Numbered from the stretch's first letter, positions 26,501-43,400 are shown. The stretch is 64,000 bases of DNA from Chlorokybus atmophyticus (GCA_009103225.1 RHPI01002262.1:62001-126000), one strand, 5' to 3'. Program-made: numbers and translations. Notes: generated by a model from the letters alone, not told the origin.

Positions 26501-28604
26501 GCGTGCGTGCTTGTGTGCGTGAGCATGTGAGTGCTCGAGCATGAGCGCAATTTTGTGTGTGTCTCTTTGTGCGTGTACATGCGCAAACATATGCACACAC
26601 GCACACGCGTTTGTGTGCATATGTTTGTGCCTTCCTGTATAGGTTGATGTGTCCTTACGTACACGCTGTACATGCGTGCATCGTGTATGTGTGTGGGGGT
26701 GGGGATGCGTATATGTGATGCCACATCGTTGTGGAACAGGAAGTGTTGGGGTTTTACGTCACGCTGGAGGAGTTCTTCCTATCGGAGAACGTGGCAAAGG
26801 CGATCCGCATCGACGAGTCTGCGGGTGCGGAGTCCCTCACGTCCTCGATGGTGGACGATGTGTTCTTCGTGCTGCACAAGTGTGGGGCACGCGCCGCCGC
26901 CACGTCCTCACCCCAGTGCGCCGCCGCCGTACTCAACTTCTGCAACAACACACTCGCCAACGAGTTCCTCGCCGCCGTACGCCGCAAGGTGAAGCATATC
27001 AATACAGCATTCTCAAAGACATTGAGCTACACAGGCGCTGTGTACGTGTCTGTGTATGTCACGGTTTTGCGCGCGTGCGCGTGTGCGCATGTGCGTGTAT
27101 GCGCACGTGTGGGGTGTGCGTGTATATGCGTATCCACGCACACACGCGCGCGCATACGTGTGTACGTGCACGCACGTGCGTGCATGCGCAATTGCCTCAC
27201 AACTGTTGCATTATGCACACATGAGCCAAAACACCTGCACGCATACGCACACGCACACTCACAAGGGCATTTGTCTTCCAGATTGCAGCGAACCCGCCAG
27301 GTTCTGTGGGCAAGTTGCTGGGTGCTCAGCTGTCCGGTTCGTCTGGCGTGTCAAGCATGCGCGTTCCCGCAACGGAGTTTGCGACGGCTCTGAACAACGC
27401 CGACGTGAGCGCCGAGTACGTCGTCAAGCTCAAGCAGCAGCTGGAAGACTACTGCAACGAGATACTGATCGCAGCGGGAGACAGGGAAAGGCTCAAGTCG
27501 TGCTTCTCTGATCTAGCGGAGACAGCGGGAGTGTATAGACAGGTGTGGTGGATTTATAGTTCATGCGTGAGCTATGTGTATGCGTGCGTGCGTGCGTGCG
27601 TGCGTGTGGGTGGGTGTCGTTGTCACTATTGGGGTCTTGATGATCATGCGTAGGTGTTGAATGGAGCGCTGGAGCAGATGGTGTTTGGCAGCATCACAGT
27701 GCGCTTGCGTCCTGCGCTGGATGCGATTGCCAACTGTTCATACGAACTGAAAGGTCAGAAAGAGACTGTGTGCGTATGCGCGCGGGCGGTTGCGTGTATG
27801 CACATGATCTGTCTGTAAACTACTTAACTACTGCTTGACACATGTAAAGCATTGTCAAGGCCAGCTGTGCTCACCCTGTGTGTGTCTTCTGGTCTGGTCT
27901 CAGAGGAGGAGTATGCGGAGCACGATGCGAGCGACGCGTGGGTGCAGCGCCTGTTGGCCACCGTGGATTCCGCGCTGGAGCCGCTGCAGTCGCTGCTCAC
28001 AGGCAGCAACTACGACGCCACCGTGCACCTCGTCGTGGACTTCACCGCCTCGCGCATCGAAGCCGTTCTCATGCAGCGCAGGTAAGGGATTGCATGTGAC
28101 ATGTATAAGCTGGGTGTGTATGTGGGAGGGTAGGTGGGCTTGGGCGTGGGCTTGGGCGTGGGCGTGCATGTGTGTCGTATGTGCATGCTGGGGAGGAAAC
28201 GAAACATGTGTATATGCGTATGTGACAACAGTCATGATGCTTGCCACCTTTCGTCAACAGGTTCAATCAGCTCGGAGGCCTTCAACTCGACCGCGACATG
28301 CGCGCGTTGGTCGGACACTTCTCGGCGCTCACTCAGCGATCCGTCCGCGACAAGTTTGCGCGCCTCACTCAGGTACATCCACGTGCACGCAATCTGACAA
28401 CATGTGAGCTTTTACAAACTTACGTCAATTATGGGTTCGCAGATTGCAACGGTGTTGAACCTTGAGAAGGTCACGGAGATACTCGACTATTGGGGCGAGA
28501 ACTCTGGGTCGATGACGTGGCGGTTGACTGCGGCCGAGGTGCGGCGCGTGTTGAGTCTGCGGGTAGACTTTAAGCCTGAGGCCATCAGTGCCCTCAAATT
28601 GTGA
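23505..28604 (+). CDS. COG4: Conserved oligomeric Golgi complex subunit 4; 15 exons (23505-23714, 24228-24316, 24524-24649, 24733-24819, 25101-25304, 25594-25770, 26037-26153, 26235-26411, 26740-26988, 27282-27542, 27654-27753, 27904-28081, 28261-28372, 28443-28604 give 14; one more is possible)
   Basis: [97 protein letters not shown]. Confidence 0.95.
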
Positions 28605-29023
28605 GACACCTTGTCTAGCCAAATGTGTCGGGGTGCAAGTTTCTCAAAACTGCATGATGTGCGTGAGATTGTGTAGTGCACTAAGTTGGGCTGGCATGAC
28701 CTAGTTCTTGGAACACACGTGGAAGCCCGCATGTTCGTCTTCTTTGATGTATACATGAATTGCCACCAATGAGGGTGTCAGTGGACATGGTTCACCGCGG
28801 AGACCGGTGAGTGCCTGTGTGCGCCTATGCATGCAACCAATCAGTCTTGCACATGTATGCCCCATTACATAGCACGGCATACTCACGGCTTGGGCCAGCC
28901 CTTTTGCTTGCGCGCACATTGCATATGGATTATCATGCTCTTGTGATCTTATGTTCGAGGTTGAGGACTTGTGGTACTTCGTTGGCGGGTCCTTACATTA
29001 TCGCAGCATTATGATGTGATGCA

Positions 29024-29282
<259 letters not shown>

Positions 29283-30692
29283 GCTACGACAGTGTCACTC
29301 ACTNTGACCGGCAGCACACGCCATTCTTCAAACATGTATGACAATCTCATGCAATCATAGCGTATTACATGATGCAAGCTGACTACATGGGGTAGTGTAG
29401 ACAAAGGGCCAGATTGTATGTGTCAACAAGCACATAACCCTATCAGATTACAAGCAGCAAAACAGCAACGGTAAACGACCTAGCTATACACAACTATAGG
29501 GGCTGGGGTCTATGTGCAAATGCATAATAGGTAGAGCAGCAGGACAGCGAGAACGGAGCTGTAGCAAATACCTGCAAAACTGCACAGAAGTGCACACTAC
29601 ATGCCATGTATAGCAAGTAACTCTGCAAAAACTGTCTGAAAGCATTCAAGCAAGTGCATGTATAGCATACACGAGTTGCGCTTGCTCTATAGCAAAGACT
29701 TTATCAAAAAATATAATACATTATGTGACAAACTTTCATTAATCACCTTTTGAAAGTTATTTGTCGAAAGTAACTTCAGTGCTTAAATGTGTGACCATAA
29801 TTATTATCACACTCTTAGATTGCAATTGATGTACAATTATGTACTGATGCAACCCGTTTTATGTGTGATATGTTTCATTATTGGGCAATGTTCAACGATC
29901 AGTGGTACATCATATGCGTATCGCCTGACGTAAAAATACAACGATGCGTCATTAAGATGCATTATATTATTCAACGCCAACTTGATATATCGCGTAACAT
30001 CAAAATTGACATAAGCAACTATTGAATGCTCACACTTACCGGTACATCATTGATACAACATTATCACGTAACATCAAGCATCGACGGTGTAATCAAGGGT
30101 CACAGCAACATTATGAGCCACGTTGTGGGGACTCTCTTGTTATTATGACTCGCACATCAACAGCCATGTCGAACGACAAGATAATCAAACGGACCTACTG
30201 TGTCATAACATCACTACAAGCATTACGGTGTGACCGGTATACAGCGATGATACACCCCCCCGCAACTAATTAGCTTGCCTTTCGCGCAACAGACAGTTGC
30301 TTTGCAAACCCCCAATTTAGGGCTGCGTCGCGCTGTTGCCCCGCCGTACAAACGCGCTGGTTGTTGACACCGTGCTTTCCGCACCCGGGCAGGCTATCTT
30401 CCATCCCTCCATAGCCGCCAGCTGGCCTGAGGCTGCCACGTAGTCCAAATACCCTAGCCTGGGCGGTAGCGGTGGCGGCAGCGGCGGCGGGGAAGGAGGA
30501 GCACGAGAAGGCGAGGGGCTAGGTGTCTTTGTTGCTGTGGTTGAGATCGGTTCGCTGCGTTGGGGTGTTGATTGTCTGCCGTACAGCAGTTTCTGGGGTT
30601 CGTAGGCCTGCTGAGTGCTTGTCGTTGTCGTCGTCGGGGGCGGCGGATCGGGGTCTTGCTTTGGCGGGAGGGGCTTCTTGTGTACTTTCGCC

Positions 30693-32116
30693 ATGAATCC
30701 CGAATAGTAAGTTTGATCTGTTCCTAGTTCCTACTTTTATCTGCCCGAGTGTCATTTTCAAGCTCGCTGCCGCAGCTGCGGCGGTGCTGCGTGTTTCAAT
30801 TGTGTGACTGCTGCTGCTGGTCCACCTGTCTGTATCGAACTTGGCTTCCATACAGTGTTGGTCCCATTAAACCAGCTGGCGTTCTTGGCTATGTTATTTG
30901 CAATTCACTGTGCAGCACATGTGTGCGTATGTGGTGTCCACGTTTCCAAGGCGTTTGCCGCGGCGACGCCTCCCACATGCACGAGCTTGCGTATGGCAGT
31001 GTCACGTATGGCATATGTGTAGTCAAACTTGGAGTGCATGTTCATACATTTCACTTGAACATGTATGGGTGTCCCAGCAGTTGTCTGTTGCACGTTGAGC
31101 TGATATGCATGAAATTTTACTTTGTCCTGCAGTGACTACCTGTTCAAGCTGCTGCTGATTGGTGATTCTGGTGTGGGTAAATCCTGCCTGCTCTTGCGTT
31201 TTGCGGTAAGCTGACATGAGCTAGCGGCTTCTCGTGGGCATGTTTGTGCAATTGCTTAAACTTTTAATTTGTAGTTAGTTTATGGCTCTGATGGCGATTG
31301 TGTGGATGACAGGACGATACGTACACAGAGAGCTACATCTCCACCATCGGTGTGGACTTTGTAAGTGTCAAGCAGTTGTGCCCTGTACAGTCAGCTTGCC
31401 TTGTCACTCTTTCCCTTCTTTCAGTTGCAGTTTCCATGGATCTTGTTCCCTTGCGCATGAATTGATCAGTGCATATCTGTGTTCAGAAAATTCGCACAGT
31501 GGAGCTTGACGGCAAGACCATCAAATTGCAAATTGTAAGTTAATTACTACTCGCTGTACAGTACTGCGGCTTTGCATGTTACCATAAGAGCAAGTTCAGG
31601 CAACTCAATGTCTGTCTGTTTGTTTGCGATTGACAGTGCACTGTCACTATGTTGGGTTCCGCTCACGTGTGCATGTACGTGTGCTCGCAGTGGGACACAG
31701 CTGGCCAGGAGCGTTTCCGCACAATTACGTCGTCGTACTACCGTGGCGCCCACGGCATCATCGTCGTGTACGACGTGACCGACCAGGACTCATTCAACAA
31801 CGTGAAGCAGTGGCTGAACGAGATCGACCGCTACGCCAACGAGAATGTCAACAAGCTGCTTGTGGGCAACAAGTCCGATCTCACCTCCAAGAAGGTGGTC
31901 GACTACCAGACCGCCAAGGCTTTCGCGGATGAGATCGGTATCCCTTTCCTGGAAACCTCTGCCAAGAACGCCACCAACGTCGAGCAAGCCTTCATGACCA
32001 TGGCGGCGGAGATCAAGAACCGCATGGCCAGCCAGCCAGCCCTCAACACCAAGCCCACGACCGTGCGCCCAGGCGAGGGCCGCCCGCTTGCGCAGAAGTC
32101 CTCTTGCTGCTCGTAG
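30693..32116 (+). CDS. RAB1: Rab1/RabD/YPT1 small GTPase; exons 30693-30706, 31133-31205, 31313-31360, 31487-31534, 31691-32116
   Basis: MNPEY|[54 protein letters not shown]-terminal CCS. Confidence 0.98.
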
Positions 32117-32639
32117 GCGCACACCGCGAAGACACACATGTGCATTAACACCATCATCCAGTAGGCTTCAACCTCTCCCCACCCTCGTTCAGTTTTAGTC
32201 GACATGCAACATCATGTGCTTTGTGATGATTCTTGTATAACTCCTGGGTCCTCAGCTTTGCTTGACACTTGGTGTTGGCCAGCCATTGCGCAACATGGGT
32301 TGCTGTCGTGCTAGTTTCGGCTCGATCTGGCAGAGGCATGGAGGCACCACGCTGATTGTTGTTATGGCTGTGTGCAGCTAGTCTGACGCGCGTTAGGTGT
32401 AGTGCTGATCAAGTTGGTAAGCAACCAATTGAGATGTGGTTTGATGAAACCCCAGCAGATGCATACTCAGACAACAAAGCTATGCACACAAAGGCATGCG
32501 GAGTAAGTTTATGCATTGGGCCATGACTGCTGCACTAACTTCTGACGACTGCTCGCTCTCAACTTGCTAACTGCTGCATGTAGCGTTGCTATTGCTCATG
32601 TAACGGCGTTCTAGGGTGTGCGTTGCCTGCAGCCTTGCG

Positions 32640-33460
32640 CAACACATAACCAGCACGGGTCTTACCACTCTTGCCAGGGACCACTACAACCTCACGCTCC
32701 GCCGCCACAGCTGCTGCTTCGTTGGCATTGCACACCACCGCACAGCATCCCCGCCCTTCGCCCTGCCTTGCTGCTGCTACTGCTGTGCTGGGCTATAACT
32801 CAAGCTACCGGCCTAACCTCCAGCCTGGCTGAGCCCTGTGCGCACAGGTCTGCTTGCCAGCTTTACCACCTTGAACTTGCTGGCCCCTCCCCTCTTCTGC
32901 CATGCTGCTCCTCACCCCGCCCCTCCGCTCATCCAGCACATAGCTAGCGCATTTTGCTAAGCTTGGTTTGTGCCCGTGTAGTTGAGCTGCTCTTGCCCGT
33001 GTGACTGTTTGGCTTGCGGCTTGCTTGCATGCCTTGCTGATGTTGTGTGAAAGCCTATGCATAAGGTATAAGTCATAGAGCAAAGCAGCAATTCAAACAC
33101 CACAAGCAGCACCACAAGCAGCGAGCCGCTCGCTGTCTGAGGCTATGCACAGAGACAGGCAAGAGGAGCACGTCATTATTGCAGGGGCTTACAACTACGT
33201 GCGACGTATGCACTATGTGCTTCAGGCGATGCGGGGCAATAAGATGCAGCAAGCGCGAAGCAACCAAGCAACCAACCTACGCGCACAGTCGCAAGGTAGG
33301 AACCCCAGGAGAGCGGCGCAAAAGCAACAGCAACAGCAAGGCGTGAGGGAGCAGAGCGGGAGTGCTGTGCGTGGATGCGCAAATGGCTTATGGCACTGGC
33401 GCCGTCGCTGAGGGCAGTAGGTCTTTGCCGGAGCAGTGTAAGACCTCACGGTAGTGACAC
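32640..33460. repeat. Pair of diverged inverted repeats (about 32640-32790 versus 33310-33460)
   Basis: GGTCTTACCACTCTTGCCAGGGACCACTAC...GCACAGCATCCCCG aligns with the reverse complement GGTCTTACACTGCTCCGGCAAAGACCTACTGC...GCACAGCACTCCCG. Confidence 0.5.
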
Positions 33461-34011
33461 AGCACCCCAAGTGAGCCAGCAGCGACTGCATGCATTCACG
33501 CAGCTACCAACGGGCGTAAGACATCGTTGAAGTTGGTGGTTAGTGGTCAGTTAGTAACTGAGCATACTTAACAACAGCATCTTCGACTTGTCTGCATGAG
33601 GCAGACCAGCTGCTCCCCTCACGGGTTCACATGCAACTCACCTGTACTTACCCGGGATATATCCCTCAGCCGGTACCTCATTACACCACATCCTTGCGCA
33701 CGTTTACCATGCAATTGCAAGTTGCATGTGAAGGTGCAAAGGTCGGACGCGATAGATGTCATCACTTCTCTTATCAACTTGGCGCGTAGCCTGCCAAGTA
33801 ACTGTCTCTTTGTGTGGCCACAGCGTTGTTAAACAGCTTGAAGGGGCGTGGTGCTCGCAGCACTGGCACTGCAACACAGCTTCTCTCAGCTTTTGTCGTA
33901 GACTCCGGTACACACACCCAGTGTAGTAGTCTGAAAGATAAGTTAGTCTAGGAAGGGGACAGCTGTGCCATTGGCCGTACGTAATGAATTAGCATATGCA
34001 GTGGATATACC

Positions 34012-34335
34012 NNNNNNNNNNNNNNNNNNNNNNNNNNNNNNNNNNNNNNNNNNNNNNNNNNNNNNNNNNNNNNNNNNNNNNNNNNNNNNNNNNNNNNNNN
34101 NNNNNNNNNNNNNNNNNNNNNNNNNNNNNNNNNNNNNNNNNNNNNNNNNNNNNNNNNNNNNNNNNNNNNNNNNNNNNNNNNNNNNNNNNNNNNNNNNNNN
34201 NNNNNNNNNNNNNNNNNNNNNNNNNNNNNNNNNNNNNNNNNNNNNNNNNNNNNNNNNNNNNNNNNNNNNNNNNNNNNNNNNNNNNNNNNNNNNNNNNNNN
34301 NNNNNNNNNNNNNNNNNNNNNNNNNNNNNNNNNNN
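34012..34335. other. Assembly gap
   Basis: 324 N. Confidence 0.99.
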
Positions 34336-35301
34336 CCCCCGGGCCAACGCAGTGTCAGATATGTACATCACACTCACAAACTCTGAAAATGCAACTACCA
34401 ACAGATCATCCGCAAAACGGGAGGATGCCACTTGCGAATCTCAAGAAGAGTGGCCTATCCACCAGAGGGTGCAGACTGAGCTCATAAGCAAACAAGTCAT
34501 AGTTAGCCTAGTAAACACCAGCTGCATTACCCATGAGAATGGCAATGCCAATGCCACCTCTCTGGAAGGCCTGTCATGCACAATTGTCTGATGAGTTCAA
34601 CATCCAGCATGAATTTCGCCAGGCTGAATACCATACTACGCCGAGGCTGCCACACCTCTACCTGACCGTTAAGCTTTAGAAAGAGCCCATTAAAGCTGAG
34701 GTTCATTGCTGCGGCCTACAACACATAATTGTCTGATGTTTGTGATTGGCTTACATGTGCATACAAGGCTTGTGCTGATGCTGTCAATGATATTTGGGCT
34801 GAGCTGGTGCAGGATCTGAGGATGCAACATGGTTGGATCTTGAAGGACTCTTTGCGGTTGGAGCGCCTACAGACATACCTCAACACCGCACCAATGATGA
34901 CAAGCTTGAGTTTCTCCAGTTCCAAACCTCTGATTTCACAACAAGTTGTATACTAACTTGTCTCATGGCATTGGTGGCTGAGGCGACGCATTGTCATTGG
35001 CACTCTTTACGAATCAAGGGCCTTGGAGTGGAACACCATACGCAGAGTACTACAGTGCATATTTCCATCCTAGATGTGTCGTGATGTGATGTCACTGTGA
35101 CATCGCATCATCATTGAGAGGCTCCTCAACTGCCCTGCCCTGCATTGGAAGTGACTGCCATCGTCATTGCCGTTGTTTTCAACCTGCTCCACAACCCAGC
35201 GTGGTTCTTGCATTCCCCTCCAAAGCAAGCAAGACACAGCAATCGCGTGTGTGTCTGTGTTCTACCAGAGTGCTTGAGGAGAAGTCTCTCTTTTCTCCAG
35301 C

Positions 35302-38387
<3,086 letters not shown>

Positions 38388-39730
38388 GGGATGTTGGGTG
38401 GTGTGTTTGGCGGTGATGTTGATGTGTCGTCTCTGTGCGTGCAGTTGCTGTGTCATGATTCCAGAAGGTGAGGGAACTGTGTGGCATTCCTGTCGTGGAA
38501 GTTGCGGTAGGTTGCACACCTGCACGTGAAGCCGCATCATGTTGTATATGTGTAGCCGCAATGGAACTGTGCAGACAGAAACGCACTGGCTGTGGCTGTG
38601 GCTTGGTGTACAGGGGCTTGTGAGGCTTTGTGCATGCATCGGTTATCAGCTTTGCTGACTGGCGTCTGAGTCTCATGGTGTGTTTGCTGCACAAGACCAC
38701 ATTCTGCTGATTTGTGCTTGAATACCTTGGAGATCATGAGCGCATCCTCTACTATACACAACATACAGCTTATGGGCCTGCAAATTGGTTGTCGCAGCCC
38801 AAGTGGCTGCTGTCTGTTGTCGTTATTAAACTGTAGTGGTTTGTACATAGATGTATCAATCTCTTACAAAGCACCCACAGCTGTTATGATGACATGCAGT
38901 CATGGGTGCATGCATAAGGCAACCGTGGCACATAAGGTAGTGTATTGCAAGAGAGGTGCCAGAACCAGTCGACAACCAAACAATTTGACAACCCACAACC
39001 ACACATGGCAACAAGCAACCCAGCTATACCCGAGTCACCCTCTGGGACACCAAGACAGCAAGCACGCCCCGCATTGTTTGTACACTTAGCTGGTACAAGT
39101 ATACATCTTTGCCCAACATCATAGCGCCTCACACAAGTGTTAGCCATTGCCCGATAAGACATGCCAAGAGTTAACAGATTAACAAATGCGCATGTTATGA
39201 GTGTACGAACAATCCATACCAGAATGTCTGGGTGTAACCATATCACGATCAAAGCAGCGTCTGTGAGACTTGGTTTCAACCAACTTGATGGTCTTGTACT
39301 GCCACTGGTGTGCACGTTGGCGGTTCTCTGGAAGTGTGATGACATAGATTGTGCGACACGTGAGCCATGTGCATTCACTGGCGAATTTATAGACAGAGGC
39401 AGCAAAACAGCGTGGCGTATCTTGTTTGAAATGTGCATGCAGACACAAAATTGGATTGCGACACACAAGCACACTGGATGAATATAATACACCGCGAGAA
39501 CCAAGTGCAGCAGCATATTGATTTCATTAAAGAAGCAAAAAGTCACGAGGGTGGTAGGGTAGAACAATGCAGGGGAGGGCAGCTAGTGGGGGAGGGGCCT
39601 GTCTCACACTGAGCTGTGCTACGCCAGAACCAAAGGCGAGGGGATGAAAGGGAGGTGCAAGGGCCGCTATACTACAATAGACCCAAAACCCCCCGCCCAC
39701 ACCCTCACCCCTCCATTACTTGCTCTGAAT

Positions 39731-40441
39731 CTAGTACAGGTTCTCCTCCTGGTGGGTGGAGATGGTGCAGTCGGACATGGGATAGGCGGTGCAGGTCAGG
39801 ACGAAACCTGTTGATTGAAGAGCACAATCAAATGTTTGCACAGAAGCTACAGTTGATCTGGAGGTAAGCTGTACAACAAAAGTAGTAATAGCCAGCGACA
39901 GCTTGCACACAGCAAGCGAATGAGGCATGTGAGATAAGATACGTACCGTTGGCGACCTGGTCGTCGTCAAGGAAGGACTGGTCGGACTGGTCAATCTCGC
40001 CAGCCTCGATCTTGCCGGCGCATGAGGAGCTGTACAACAAAAGGGTGATGGCATTCAGTGAATCAGACCATGCGAGATGCATGAAGCACGCAATGTGTAG
40101 TCAATGCTGAATCCAGCATGAAACTGCATGCATTCTTACCATGAGCCAGCCCTGCAGGAGTAAGGCAGATCAATGCCCTCCTCCTCAGCCTTGTCGAGGA
40201 TGTAGGTGTCGTCGGGGCACTCGATGACCTGCTCGCCGTCGGGGGTCTTCAGGGTGACCTTGTAGGTGGCCATGCAGACGGTGCCCAGGCCATAGCGCTT
40301 GGAGGGCAGGCCGAAGGCGGCGGCGAGTCCGCTGCGGGCGGAGCTCAGCGAGCTGGCCGGGCGGCGGAGCTCGGCCTTGGCCGGGGCGGCGCGGGGGGCG
40401 ATGGTCAGGGAGGTGGTGGCAGTGGCAGCGGCGGCGGCCAT
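39731..40441 (-). CDS. PETF: Chloroplast leaf-type ferredoxin; exons 40441-40140, 40029-39947, 39807-39731
   Basis: Transit peptide then [10 protein letters not shown]...[33 protein letters not shown]...[21 protein letters not shown]. Confidence 0.97.
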
Positions 40442-43149
40442 TGTGCTGTGTCTGTTTGTCTGAACCTCACGTGCTGCGTCGACCAGCTCCACGCACAACC
40501 TCGCCGACAACAACGACAACCTCCGCCACGAGCTCACCACACTCACACTACCTCAACCCACACGCACAGCTGCCCTCATCAACTAGGGCTCGGCCTCTAA
40601 CCATGGCTCAAACCATGATTCCCAGGACTAACCTTCCCGGGTCGTCTCTAACCGCATTACCACCACTATACTATTCACTGTCAGCGCTATAGCAGGGACT
40701 TGACCGTGGTCATTACCGACCGCGGTCAAGGGGATCAGCAGCTATTGTCTCAGGCCAGGGGTCAGTCGCCACTTTTTTGCTGCTTCTGCCTGTGTGCACA
40801 GGCTGGATGGGCACGAAAGCTGGCCCTGTGATTGGTCTGAGGGTAAGGATAAAGCCGGCCGCCACGGCCTCAAGTCGCGAGAGCGTCTCTTGATCGTCAG
40901 ATGCAGCGCAACCGACGGTAGAGGAGATTGCCAAGTCGCATCTCGGCCAGCTCGACATGGTGAAACGGGAAGAAGTGGGTAAAACGAATCACTGCCACTG
41001 AATCACTTAGCGGTGAATCAGTAGATAGGTACCTGGATAGGTAGGTGCAGTGAATGAGTGATTCACAATGGCTCGCCCGGCTGTGGGTGTGTGTCCGTCG
41101 CTTTTGGTCATGCATGGCGTGTCTGAGACGGAGGGCTGTTGATCGGTCACTGGCTGAGGCGCACCACAGCGACGCTGGACCTCATGCATGCAGTTGTTCG
41201 TAATGTCCATGTGCGCCACGTCATTTTGCAAAATCCGTTCGCGCTCGGGTTGTGGATAATCCATGCATTGCACGGGTGCGCATGCACTGCTAATTGACTT
41301 AAACCGTATGCACTGGTGCTTTCTACAGATGCAAAGGAGAATGTGTGTTGTGCTGCTCAACTTCTCATCAGAGTGGCAAGACAAGGCCACTCTCATGCAC
41401 AAGAGTTGATGAAAGTGGACTTTTCTTGCCGTCTTACTCAACTCTTATGATTCAAAAGCTATGACATCATTAAGATCTAAGTCGATAAAAGCGGCAACAC
41501 AAGGCCATTTTCATCAACTCTAATGATTCATGTAATATAGCAGTATCAACATTCATTTGTGTACTCAACGTAATAGCATACTAGGAGCCCCTCCATTTTA
41601 TGTACTATTGTGCAATAAGTATTTATTCCTTAATGTTATTTGGTTGCTAAGCTCTATTGCTGCTTGTCTAACATACAGCATGATATCGCATCATTACGTT
41701 ATATGTTTAGCTGGGTCACACAGCCCTTGCCTCAATGTTCCACTTGCCTATCTAGCCTGCTGCATACCCCAAAAAAATGAGCTATACCAAATAAGCAAAG
41801 CTCATGTATGTATTATATCATGTTTACAACGTACAAGTGCGTGTGTTTGCAAAAAAGTTAATCAAGTGCATACTTTATAAATATGTAATAAACCTTATTA
41901 CATATTTATAACATTTTTCCACATTATGTACATGACAGCATTGTGAGTTACAAAGCACATCATCACCCATTTAATGTTATACATAAATTGCAGACATTAT
42001 CACAATTCTGCATGCGCACATTTTTAATCATTTTTTATAAGCATTTTGCATGTAAATTACAATGTCATGCTTATTATAATGTACAGCATTATTTGATACT
42101 GCATCACACTAGCAATCTTAGTACTGTGACGATTGACTTCATACCAATACAATATCAACGAAAGTCATGCCACGACATGCGATGCATGAATTGCATATTG
42201 CGGATTCTCATTCGATGATTAGTAATGATTACGCGTGTCGCTTAATAATGTCACGCATAACACAAATAGAATGCAATGCGTATACAGCTGACAATTGTAT
42301 TTCCTCCATTCTTCCATTCTTCCATACATTCATAGCAAATGCCACCATGTTCACAAGCTTATATTTTTTATTTGGCAATAACACATTAGATTGTAAAACA
42401 TATCATTCCATTACAAAACGCGTTTTATAGGGACGTGAACCACAAAGTTTATTTGTTGTTTATGATGGCAATAACAAGCGCAATATAATGTTGATGTCAG
42501 TCCAAAATAATACATATAAGGCCGGTTACTTACAGTATCCAAAATACCAAAACACTTTCATTGCAACGAAGCGTGATATTTTTACTCATTGGCCAAGCTT
42601 GGTTGCCCTTGTTGTGCGATGATGTAAGCAACACGATCTGCATCCCCATGCCCATGCATCAGGCTGCAGAACCATGCCACCAATGCCTTTGCTATGGTTG
42701 CTGCCACCAACAACTAACTGTCAGTGTATTGTATGTAACGTGCTGTTGTGCACACGCTTGCAACCTGCACATGACTTGAGCATTGCACTCATATGAGTAC
42801 AACCGTGTGCACACCATATATGACGTGCTGCATTCGTAAGAGAGCAAACCCTACCACTACTTCACTACTTGATGTTGTATGCGGTTGTACGTTGTACGAA
42901 AGATGCAAGGCAGATCTCGCACTGTGTTGTTGCATGATATGCTACTGTTGCGCCTAGCACAAATCATGCAAGTGTCTTTGCATATGCATTGGGTTGCAGA
43001 TCAGTAGAGTTGCGCGCCATGTACATACAATGCAAATCGGCAATGCACATGCATAGTGGCATGCACAATCAGCAGCATGCAGAGTGACATAGCGCATACT
43101 AACAACACCATTGTCAGGTTGATCACCGGGTTCATTCACTACCTCACAT

Positions 43150-43400
43150 GCTACACTACCCCTACCACTCAGTTAGCCATGTAATCATGCACATGCATAT
43201 GCGTTCACCTGCACAACGGCCGTTGGTTGGCGGCCCGGTCTTTGCCGAGGCAGCAGCAGCAGCAGCAGACCCAACGGACTCCCCCTCCTCCTCCGCCCAC
43301 ATCACCACCTCCACAACTGCGTCATACACCCTGCTGTGGCAGCGTCGTTAGGGTTTGCGCCCATTGGCGCGCAGCATGCATGCGCACAGCACGTCGCACT
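43150..43400. repeat. Dispersed repeat, copy 1 (copy 2 at about 52290-52600)
   Basis: Identical 34-mer GTTAGGGTTTGCGCCCATTGGCGCGCAGCATGCA at 43347-43380 and 52522-52555, plus collinear blocks GTTAG[C/T]CATG, ACCTGCAC, GGTT[G/A]GCGGCCC, CAACTGCGTC. Confidence 0.75.

Noticed and set aside
24200-27224. Many His/Thr/Cys/Val-rich ORFs overlapping COG4 and similar genes
   Set aside because: Produced by CA/TG intronic repeats and antisense frames of real exons.
30317-30694. Pro/Thr-rich minus-strand ORF upstream of RAB1
   Set aside because: Antisense to the GC-rich RAB1 leader; low complexity and no recognisable domain.
33943-34591. ORFs spanning the N gap
   Set aside because: Artefacts of unknown bases.
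34716-35084. Short protein-like ORFs after the gap
   Set aside because: No motif or consistent splice structure.
41500-42560. AT-rich blocks (also about 11300-11900, 18140-18620, 29700-30290) as MITEs or Helitrons
   Set aside because: Composition suggests old TE DNA, but I could not find TIRs, TSDs or Helitron termini.
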